Assembly: GCA_000934665.2 (NCBI GenBank)
Contig: KZ538942.1
Location: 1 to 39,265 of the forward strand
DNA: 39,265 nt
Source: Catajapyx aquilonaris
Taxonomy: Eukaryota
Direction of reading: 5' to 3'
The stretch's first letter is position 1; each line of letters begins with the position of its first letter. The translations under genes and the position numbers were made by a program. The notes beneath the pieces were generated by a model. The model did not search any database and was not told the DNA's origin. It saw only the letters and a list, made by a program, of their open reading frames with translations. Of the stretch, positions 23,101 to 35,100 are shown in pieces.

Positions 23101-26100
23101 GTGTACAAGTGATAAATGGCTAATTTCTGTGTTCTTTGCAGAGTAAAAAAGTTGTATGTGTGAAGTGTTGTTCATGCTTCATTAAGTGGACAAGTACACG
23201 TACGTAATGTAAGGACTTCCATGTTGTTATTGAGTTGTTGCTCTCCTCCATGTAGGGAACGAGTTAGAATATGTTCCTGTCAGTGAAAGCATTCCTCTGT
23301 GAATATAAACTGCTTTTTTTGTGTGAAATGAGAAAGAGGAAGAAACACTCGGCTCAATGGTGTCCTTCCAGAGAATGTTGGAGCTCAAAGCTTGTTTTTG
23401 CTCTACATTCTAGTCCAGTACTCTTCTATCTACACATGTAGACCTATTATTTGTTCTTTGTAACATTGATTGTCAAGTGCTGTCTTGGTTGGGGCAAGGA
23501 GGCAGTCTACATCCTTATGAAGAGGGTTTGCCTAAATTGATTTTGCATTCAGAAATTGAAAATATCACCTTATTTTTCCATGAGTTACAATAGTCACATG
23601 AAGATGTCACATCAAAAGACTGTTTCCAATGCAGCACTTGGTAATTAAAAGCAATGTTGTGTCAAATATTCGTCTTGTTGGTGGGAGGTGTATGTGACCA
23701 TTTTGTTAGTAGTTTATTCCATAGGTGCTACACACGGCCTTTAATTTCATTTGACATGTCTGTGTCTTGGTCATGTGTGGAAAGTGAAAACATGACTGAA
23801 CACCAGACTACTTGTTACCAACTTAAAGATTGATCAGTGAAGATGGTGCATCTCTTACCCTCCCACCTTCCAGTTTCTGTGCCTTCCATGGCCTGGTTTT
23901 TCTTGAACAACTTCCATGTAATTTCCAAGGTGTCCCTAATTTATCCATATCTTTAAAAAAGGCCAATTAATTGTTATTTGGAGTATACTTTTAGTTCCTG
24001 GTTTAAGTTATTAAGTCCTGGTTTTATTAATCACATTTTATGTTTCTTGTGAAAAATGATGTGCACCAGGCAAGATGAGAATTTTCACGTTTTGTTTTTC
24101 GTTGTGTTATCAACAAGTTCACAGTTCATTTTACTAGTTCATTTCAGTTTTCACTTGGTCTATATGAACTATTCTTGTAAAGAAACTCTACTTGAGTCGT
24201 AAAATTACAGTCATGCTTATTTTTTTAGGACGGAAATAAAGTTTATTCTCGTTGAGATAAAGATAAATGCCTTTTTCTGCCAAATCCTGACAATGTACAC
24301 CTCCCTGCATTATACTTATTACCTTAATGAAAGGAGATCGAAAATGGGGGGAGTTCAATTGTATAAGCATCCTTAACCAAAAGTAGGCCTACAAATCTGA
24401 GCACAATGCAACTGCTGAGCAGTAGTTATGATGCATATATTTTTAAAATATCTGAATATGCATAATTTCAATCTCTGAATTTTCGAGCAAGAGAGCCTAA
24501 AAGCCTGGAATTCATAGTCCTCAAAAACCACCCACAATCATTATTGCCCTAAAGAAATACCAATCATCAAAACAAAAGCAAAACGACCACTCATATAACG
24601 TCATCATAAATCTCATCTGTGGCCAGCAAGGTTGTTTGAAACCTCCTGACACCATCATGGGAGCTGTTGACTGTCATCTACATTACAGTGCACACTTACA
24701 CCCATCACAGAGACATTGCTAGGTCACCATTTCAAGGTTTTTGAAATGTCAGATGCATGGTGGAACTCATTGTAGGTAAAGGCTGAATTGGCAGTGGATG
24801 TGCAGATGTGGATAATGGCTCATGTACAAGGGGAGTTCAATCAGTTTCAGGCCATAGGCACTTACACTAAGCGAGGAGGATGAAACTTTGTCATTTTTCA
24901 ACACAGTCCCCTTGACACTGCATGCACTTGTCTCACCAGTGTTGCACCCCATGGTCTCCTTGAGAAAAAAACAAATTCTCGAGGGCTTGCTTGAGGGAAT
25001 CCAATCATATGTTCGTTTCAGCTATCACCTCTTCATCCCTTCCTAATCTTGACTCACAAGGTGTTCTTTCAACTTGGGGGACAGGAAAAAGTTTGACAAA
25101 GCCTTGTCAGGGGATTGGGGGGAGGGGAGGAGGCTCGAAGCCACAGCCATGACATGAGTTGCACACTGCACAACATGATATCCATAGCAGCAGCAGGGGC
25201 AAGAGTTCTAAGGGGGCCTATCACGGGCAGAGGAGAGGATGGTACTTTTGTGCAACACTAAATGTATCTTTGCAACACTAGGGCACTGATATTAGCCCCA
25301 GTAGGTCAGGGGGGCCGGGGGGGGGGGGGGGGCCCCATCTGGCAAATATTCAGCAATAGGCCACAGCCGCTTCCTTTCCTATCCTTGTCCCGTCCATGAG
25401 GAGGTGCGGTGTTGGTGGGGGATTTCTGACTCGCATCGGGGTCATCCTGGCGAACGGGCCCCCTGAGGGACTGCACACGACCCCCAACTTGAGACATTGC
25501 ACATGCACCAGTGTCCCCCCCCTCATTACCCCAATGGGGCTATTTCATGAATGGTCAGTTGGTGATTTTCAAGAACCATATCCTGAATTTGTCGACATTA
25601 TCTGATGTCAATGTGGTGGGAAGGCGTCCTCTGCAGGGCTCTCTCCCCATGCAAAATTGTTCCACCCATTTCTTGATGCCGGTAAGATGGAGTACCATCA
25701 CCCAGTGTCACGTGCATGTCCTAGAGGATTTTTTTTCTCGGTGACATCCCCTTCTTGAAGAGAGATTTGATGGCAGCTACACTCTCTCCATTGTGGTTTT
25801 CACCTCCCATTTGTCTTGCACTCTTTGGCTTGTAGGATGAAAATGGATACTTTGCAGTAGGCCTATCACTTGCAGAGGACATTTGCCTCAGGAGGGGAAA
25901 GCACATTCGCATATGTTCCTTTTACCTTGGTCCCAAAACTTATCGAACTCCAAACACAGATGAGCCTTTATCCAAACCAACCCTTCACATACCCAAGAAG
26001 ATCTTGAACCACTTAGTTAACCTATACTACTCAAAGCATGTCAATCCTATTTCCTTTTGGCAGTGCAGCTCAAGGGGTATCATGGTTCAAACTTACAGAG

Positions 26101-29100
26101 CGATCGATTCAACATGCAACATACCTTATTTCAAGATTAAGAGGTGATGTGACTGATGTCACATCATATGGTTCTAGTGTCCAACCTGCTATGTCAGGTA
26201 AATTAAACTGCAGCAGTATGTCTCCATAGTAATTGCTTGCAATAATTTTTTCCAGTGCTTAAATTATCAGTTTTTGTGAAACAATAATTCAAGGGTGGTA
26301 AATGGCTTTCCATGTGAAACTTGAAGGTGAATTCACAGGAGTAAGCATTCACAAAGGATCCCTCGACCAAGATTGATTTTGCAGTGTATCATGATAATTT
26401 TCATCGGAAGTTGTTCATAATACTATAGTAAGTTATATAATATTAGATTAAAAAATGAAACTCAATTTTCAAGTATCTGTTCTCTAAGTAGTGAAAAACC
26501 TGGTCTTAAAAGTTGACAATTTGCATTTTTTTAAATTTATTTTTTGCATTTGAAATGGCCATAGATAGAGGGTGGAAGGAACAGGGAAAAATTTTAATTT
26601 TTATGGCTGTACCAGATGATGGCTCCATTTTTTAGTTGCATAATTTTTTCACTAACCATAATTTTACGAAAATAAAAATGTACACTCTACTCCCAATTAT
26701 TCAGGTGCGGATTATCCATGTTTCGGATTATCTGTGCATGGCTAAAACAAAGAAAAGTCTGAAAAATGTCAATTTTTCTCACAAACAAAGAAATACAACA
26801 TACTTTCCCAAACGCATGACTATTTGACCACCCCAAAGAAATGCAGTGGTGGGGTTATAAACAAGATGTGATAAAAAGTTTCTATTAAGATTAGCTGGAC
26901 TTTAGAATTGATAATTATGAATAGTAACAATTGAGCTAGGAGGATGCCAAAGAGGAAGTTAATGTGGCAGTTAACAACTGAAATAAATACGATTATAGCT
27001 TGGACAGTGAATTTCTGTGGTGTCTGGTAAAAATTGCTGCCACTATGTTTATTTCTTACTTAGCTGGATGTAAATGTTGATAATGAACCTCAGGGGCCAC
27101 ACAAACCCAAAAACTGGATTGAAATTAATTACTAAAAATCTACCACGGAATTTAAAAACATTTATCATGGCTTGCAGATATTAAATTTTCTGTGCATTTT
27201 CAAATTAAGGCATTTTTAAAGCCATTTTACATTAATTGAATTGAAATTTTTTATCATATCACATTGGACTGAGTTCTAAATAAGCAATACTCTATCACAT
27301 TTTAATTTATCAATAAATAACGCTGTTAAATGTGGTACACCTAAGTGTATCAATTTCTGAAACAATCCACTATCTATATTTTTTAATTCCGTGGTAGATT
27401 TTTTGTAATTGATTTTAATACAGTTTTTGGGGTTGTGTGGCTCCTGAGGTTCATTATCAACATTTACATCCTGCTAAGTAAGAAATAAATGTAGTGGCAG
27501 CAATTTTTACCAGACCACACAGAAATTCACTGTCCAAGGTACAGTATAATTGTATTTATTTCAGTTAACTGTCAAATTAACTTCAACTTTGGTATCCCCC
27601 AGCTCAATTGTTACTATTCATAATTATCAATTCTAAAGTCCAGATAATCTTAATGGAAACTCTTTGACATCTTGTTTATAACCCCACCACTCCATTTCTT
27701 TGGGGGTGGCCGAATAATTATGGGTTTGGGCAAGTACATTTCCCAGAAGACAAACTAAAAATCTACGAAAATTTTCCTAATTGCTATTAAATCATATTTA
27801 AATCAGAGTACAGTCGTTCATTAAAAACCTGTGAATAGCTCATTTTACTGTGATCTAGGACCATTGTTCGATTATCAGTGTTTTCCGATTATCTGGCGAC
27901 ACCCGTGCAGCCATTAGCCCGGATAATCAGTAGTAGTGTATTTATGAATGATTCCCCATTGCAATATCTCCATTTGCAGTGTTGCCACATTGTTCAACCA
28001 GCATTAACTTGAATAGTACGGTAAGTTTAAGTGAACAATGTGGTTAAAAAAATTGGCTATCATCTACCTACTACTGTCATAAAAATTAAAATAAAAATAC
28101 TGGCAGGTAGGCTACCTAGTGTCTTCTGTGGCCATTTTAAATGCAAAAAACCAATCAAATTCTCATTCTTGTCCAGATTTTCACTATGAGGGTGAGTGTG
28201 ATTGTCCCAGGGAATACACATTTCAATAAAAGTGAAAGTACACAGTTCACGTGACTCAAGAGATGGTGTAGAGTTGTAGCCACTTCTTGCCTGCTGTTTC
28301 CCCTCCTAGACTGAATTTGGAAACTCAGGCACACAATAAGTATACCTATTCCCTGTAACCCGAAAACTGCAAGGTAATTATGGCTTGCCCAGTCTGCAAA
28401 ACAGTCAACTCTGGATATAACATACTTCAAGGGACCACAGGAAAAAGCATGTTATAACAGAAGTCTGTTACATCCAAATCACCAATTTTGCAATGAGCAC
28501 GCGACGTTTTCTGCCTGTTGCATGGCTATAATGTACACTACTGCATACCGATTAATGAAACTATCCCCAAAAATGCAAAATTAGCTCACCTGTGAGTTAC
28601 ACAATCGACCAAAAAATCAGTAATTCTCTTTTACCATCTCCCCGTCGCAAAAGTACAAGAAAATTAATGATTTTGACATTTTCGGCAAGTGTAATATCAT
28701 GTCTCTTAACTTGCTGCACGACATCTTTGCCATCTTTGACTCAACTCCCTAACTCTGGTATAGGCTCGGGTCGAGAGTGCCCAAGTTCGGTAACCTAGGT
28801 TAGCTCTGTGACCCAGCACAAAGGATAAAGACTCCTGGATACATTTAACAGAGCACAGATGTGCCTTAACCTTGAAATGCAAAACTTTCGAGTAGGAAGC
28901 TTAGATAAATGACAGATTAGAAAATCACCCCTGATCCAATATATAGTGCCTTCCTTGAGTGGGAAGTGATGCAAAGTAATAAAAAACAGCATATTTTCCC
29001 ACCAAGGGGCCAAGAAATGGTCTGCCATAGCCAAGGTGAGGTGAAAAATGGGTCTGCTGCATGCAGAGTAAAAATACTCAGGGCCTTATGGAAGGATGGC

Positions 29101-32100
29101 AGGTCCTGCCTTTCAAGTCCGTTATAACTGAGGCTGTTATATCTGGAATGAACTGTATAATGGGTGTCCAGTGAAAAAATTAATATGCAAATTCACCTAG
29201 ATGTTGTACTGCAAATGAGACTTAATATCTATTCAGTGTGCTCAGAATTAAGCTCATATCCGTATTGATAGATATGTTGCGGATACTCCTGCATCATGTT
29301 GGTACTCTTAATCCTGAATGCAACCGGCAAAGGATCTTTTCCAGGATTGTTTTTTTTCTCAATCTGACAAAATCTTTTGTGGAAGCTGTTCATAACAATG
29401 GCAGATGAAAAAGTGAACGTCAGTTTTGTTCTATAGATTTGAATTTCGCAAAAATTCGCCTTTCAAATTCTCAGATTTGCCATTTTTCTGCTGTCAAATC
29501 ATGACAGGAGGTACAAGAAAGGAAAATAATTTCAATTTTAATTTTTTCAAGCAATGTAGATTGTGACTGATTTTTTTCAGTTGACAATTGTTTATTAAAA
29601 TTGGAACTAATTATGTTAATGTGTCCAAAATCATACCCTCCCATTGTAGATTACCCCTTTTGAACCTGGATAATCAAATCATTCATGTCAGTCAATCTCT
29701 CATTCAGCAAGCAATTGGCATTTCGAAAAATCAGTCCCAATCTACGATTGCTCAAGAAAATTAAAAGAATTCTTTAACATTTCTTGAGCTTCCAGTTGTG
29801 ATTTTAAAGTGGAAAAATATTACAAAATTGAGAATGGGAAATGCTGCCTTTTGTAAAACCAGGCATTTTTACAACAAAACTGAGTTTCACTTTTTCATCT
29901 GGCGCATCCAGAAAGTTAGTTCCATTTCTTATTAGAAAAGCTGCAAAGCACACCCAGAATGTTTATTATGTACACCTGAAAGGTTCAACTGTCTACTTTT
30001 TTCAACATAGCTTCCCACCAAATTGATGCATTTGTCATCGAGTTACAGAAGATTTTGCATGCCTATGTTGTGGAAGTTTGCCGCCAGCCATTTCCCCGCT
30101 GGACTCCTCGTCATTGTCAAACCTCCGCTTTGCATGTCATTTCTTCGTGTCCATGGACAGGTGGTAATCGCTAGGTGCTAAGTCCCGGTTCTAAGGAGAG
30201 TGATCGAACAATTCTCACTTGAATTGTTGTGGAAGGTATCTAGTACGTACGGCAGTATGCGGGCAGGCATTGTTGTGCAAGAAAACACTCCGGAACTCAA
30301 CATGTTGCTACGTTTCTTTTGAATGGTCATTTTAACATCGGTAAAGTCTCACAATAAACCTTTGGATTGAAAAAAACATAGCGACATAATGAGTTTCGGG
30401 GTGTTTTTCTTGCGTGACAATGCCCGCCTGCATACTGCTGTGCGTACTGGATCCCTGCCGCAACAATTCAAGCGAGAATTGTTCGATCACTCTCTTTAGA
30501 ACTGGGACTTAGCACCTAGCAATTACCACCTCTCCATGGACATGAAGAAATGACATGCAAAGCAGAGGTTTGACAATGACGAGGAGTTGCAGTCCAGCAG
30601 GGAAATGGCTGGCGACAAACTTCAATGACATATGCATACAAAATCTTCTGTAACTCATGACAAATGCATCAATTTGGCTGGAAACTATGTTGACAAAAAG
30701 TAGACAGTTGAACCTTTGTTTCAGATGTATGTGATAAACATTCTGGGTGTGCTGGGGTAGGTCTCTGTATGCCAAGTACTTACAACAGTGAAGTTGTAAT
30801 CTCATAATTTCTCACAAGCCAACATCAACGACTGTGTGTAATTGAGAAAAATAAATACATTGTAGAGAGCAATAAGTCAGTCTTTAAATATCCTGCCACA
30901 TTGGCTGTTAATGATCTGTACACTCATCATAACATATGGCTCAGTTCTGAGAACAGTGGCTGTTCCTGAAGAGAGTAGAAAGGCACATGTCAGGTTAAGC
31001 AAGACACCCCAGTACACTTGTTTTAGTTAATATATCTGAACTGCTTGGTTCCAACATGGCACTTCCTGAGAAGCTCACGGACTTGAAAATAACCGTGTGC
31101 TGCTAACTTTTTCATGAGATTGCAAGTGAGACGATCAGAGTGCACCTGCCTGGGCAGGTTAGTAACTCTCCAAGACTCCATACAGCCAGAAATTTGCATT
31201 AGGTAATAACACTACTTGAAATAACAGTCATCAATTTTAGTGACATCCACACACACGTAAACCTCAGGTTATTTTTTGATGGAATGTATATTAAAATACC
31301 CATCAATACTGCTTTAGCCATGTCATTGTTTTTCGATAGCATATAAATATTCTGGGACCGGGCTCATTGCAGCTCTCTAAACAGCAGCAGCATTGCAAGA
31401 CTTGCTACTAACCTTGTAATAGACATCAGGCACATACTGCTTCTCTGTTGATTCACGTACAAATCCAAGCTCCGGTGCATCTTTGGTGGGAATTAGGCAG
31501 TTGTCCCGAACCAAGGCCATGCACTGGTTTGAAACCTGATATCCTTCCATATGCACTTGATTTGATGCATCACCTAGGAACAAATGACCATTATAGTGAT
31601 AGCTCCCATGCTAACCTATCCAGTTCCTAACTTTGTCTTGAAAATAATATGACTAAGGCTAAAGTTGCCAACATAAGTATCTTCCCATACTTAAGGGGGC
31701 ATGCCCACAGGAGGCAATAATAATGCCACAACCAGCTGCTGATTTCAGCAGTGCTGTTGCTGAGCTGAAGTGTGCACACAAGAGATAACTCAACACTTTC
31801 TCTAATGGAGGGCTGGATTCACAAACTGATTCTTATTATTATTATAGTTGCGGCACCCGGCGTTGCCCGGGAAGAAATGAATGAAGGGAAAACACCTACA
31901 TGTAGCCAAGTCAAAAATTTTCACGCACAGAGCCGATGCACAGAGAGTCGCCATGACACTTTTGGGAAGGGTGGGTCGGAAGGATGGGAGAGGTTTGAGG
32001 TGTAGGAGGCGGTTCACAGATGACGGTTGGCATCCCAGACAGAATCACATCCGTCTTTATTGATATAGATTTTGCTGTCCTTTGGAAAAATGTCACATCT

Positions 32101-35100
32101 ACACACAGCTACAAAGTCAAGTTTCTAGGCAGCCCACCTAAAAACTCAATCTTACTGTTATGTGCAGATGCAACATTTTTCAAAATGACAGAAGTATTGT
32201 TATTCATTGCTGCTATATAAATTTTGCAACAAATCACCTAAACTGTCCATTCTGCTGGTGAATCCATATCCTGGTATGATTAATTGTGGGTGATTGTGCC
32301 TGTCTTGATGCACACACGAATGTACACAGCACAATTATTATGCATGTGCAGTGACATCACTGAGGTCCAGTTACATTATTGAGAGTAACTACAAAACATG
32401 TATGACATTTTATTCCTAATTTGTTTGGATCAGCCATTTGTCTTGCAGCAGGCTGCTTCTGCTTAAAGTTTGCATAAATTTGGCAAGGCCATAAGGTGTA
32501 ACAAAAATTAATTTGACGCATTTTAAAATCTATTAACCCAGATATGCCTGAAAGATTTTTTGTTTAAATTTTTGTTTTTGTTTGATTTTATTAGTTCATG
32601 ATAGTCCCCAAAACACAACAAAAATGATTAAAAAATTTATGGAATGCTAGATTGTAAGAAAAGTGCCGTCCCCTATAGGGGACACTCGGCAAATGTACCC
32701 TTTAGTATGGCTATACTGTAGCCTACAAGGAAAACGTAAGATATAGGCTGCTGTATTGAAATAAAGATGAAAGTGTTTTTTTAATTAATTGAAAAATATA
32801 GAGAAGGAATGTTATAGCTAAGACCCAGTGTCCTATATATAGGACATCTAAATTTGCAATATAAGTGATTGCAACAAAAATATGAAATTCTGAAAAATGG
32901 CTTCTACACCTCCACTACAGAAGGTTCTTTCAAAGTATTTTACTAAATAATTGCACAAATGGCTTCTTGGGTCTCAGGAGGGTTTAGCGGAAACTTGCTC
33001 ATTGCGGAATTTTAGAGTCACTTGCTAGTCAGATATGTACAGGTTGTTCGCTGTATATAAATATACAGTGAACCCTGTCCACAACGGACCCTGTGTATAA
33101 TGGAAACTTACCTATTGCAGAATTTTTCTGGTAACTGGTGTATGAAAATTACACAATTTCCGCTATATTCGACGCGGAAATCGTGTACTTTCCATACGCC
33201 CGTTACCAGAAAAATTCCGCAATAGGCAAGTTTCGGTTATGTTCAGGGTCCGTTATGGACAGGATTCACTCTAGATAAATATGTAGTGAAACCTGTCCAC
33301 AACATACCCTGAGTGTTACAAAAACTTGTCCATTGCGAAATTTTTCCGGGAACGGGCGTATGTATAGGACATAAATACCGTGTCAAATATAGCGGAAACG
33401 GCTGATACACTGTACTATGTATATCCGACATCGAATGGTTCGCGCGCGATCCGCAACAACAGCGCCACTTTTTTTCCTCCCCCACTCTCTGCCCACAATG
33501 CTTTGCGCCGTTGCAGCGTTCACTTCCACTCGTCTTTCCCGTTTGGTGCTGATGACTAGGAAAATCGTAATTTTCAGCGGAAACTTGTCAATTACGATTT
33601 TTCTAGGGCACCGTGCTATTCTGCTATACACAGGTTTCNNNNNNNNNNNNNNNNNNNNNNNNNNNNNNNNNNNNNNNNNNNNNNNNNNNNNNNNNNNNNN
33701 NNNNNNNNNNNNNNNNNNNNNNNNNNNNNNNNNNNNNNNNNNNNNNNNNNNNNNNNNNNNNNNNACCCCCCCCCCCCCCCCCCCCCCGCAATTAGATCCG
33801 CCACTGGGCTTCACTGTACCCAAAAGAGAAAGTTTGTATGCATGATAATGTTTGATTGTACATGGCAATGGATTACCAGCATAGCTATGATGGTTGCCAT
33901 GGTAACCCAGTTGCCGGGTAACCCTTGTTTTAAAAATAGGGATTCATAAAAATTCAGTTCGACAAAACGCACGAAATCCGGATGCATACAGTAGCCTAGA
34001 GTACCGGTGCTTGACTTGCCGGTCCATTTGTGGTGCATTTGCCGAGTGTCCCTCATAGGGGACACCCGATTTCAACGCCACCCTCAGACAAGGAAAGTAA
34101 AAAATATGCCTATATTTCCACATGGACATCATCATTCATAAGTTTTCTAAGTATTACAAACAAAAAATAACTCATAATGCTAATCAACATTCGAGAATTA
34201 ATTACTAATCGTCTTCGGAACGTGGAGGTGCAGCCATTATTTCCTGCGTTAAAATTCAAACACCTGTATCTTAAAAATCTGAAGCAATATTGAGCAGGTT
34301 TGAACTTGTATTGTTAGCTGGGACTCTACTGAAGCCCCCATCACTGCTGCCAGCTCTTTAGCAGCACAAGAACCTGTGCAAAAAATTAAAATGTAATAAC
34401 TGTGCAGGTGTCCCCTATAGGGCACACTCGGCATATCTGGGTTAAACCCACCAAGCAGAGAGATAGTTGCAATTAAATGGGGCTTCAACTGCTATTATTA
34501 CTCTGAGGACAAACGGGAGCTCTGGGTAGCTACTGCACATGCTAGTCTTAATAATGCATTGACGTAACAATTTACGCAAATAGATCAATAAAAAATATCC
34601 TGCTTGGAACCAATAATAATAAAAAAATTACAGAAATTTTCTGGTGAGGGTGTGCCAATACTGCTGATATTAATGCAGGCCAGTACGATCGAAATTTGCT
34701 AATGTCATGATCTGGTGTTTTGTGCAATTTGAAAAGGCCCTCTGCATCACATAGATGGAAAGTATTAAATCACCCTATTGATAACTTACAAGCACTGCAA
34801 AAAACACACAAAAAGCTTTTACTGCTGCAGGAAAAGAATCGCTAATGTCTGCTTAAATGGCATGAAAAATATTACTGTGGGAATTTCAGTTTGAAAAGAA
34901 ATGCAGTTATGGTTCTCCCAATCTACCATTTCTACATATGCAACTGTGTTACACTTTTGTCACACTGCATAGAAATAGGGCCATGAAATATGACTCCTCC
35001 CAGCAGAGGCCAAGGCCTTGTTCTTCCCTACACAATTTAACCCTGGAACCGTGCCGTGCCTACAAGTATTACGGCAACCGTGCCATGGGGTTTTTTCGGA

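Larger units (their letters stand above)
32537..34441. mobile_element. piggyBac-type non-autonomous element containing nested MITEs and an assembly gap
   Basis: TTAA|CCCAGATATGCC ... GGCATATCTGGG|TTAA (12-bp perfect TIR, TTAA TSD); subterminal palindromes GTCCCCTATAGGGGAC and variants near 32668, 32828, 34046 and 34408. Confidence 0.8.

Noticed and set aside
24890..30753. Active or domesticated transposase gene
   Set aside because: All mariner and pogo fragments contain stops, frameshifts or large deletions.
33383..33868. Poly-Pro/poly-Gly ORFs
   Set aside because: Artefacts of the N gap and the poly-C run within nested repeats.
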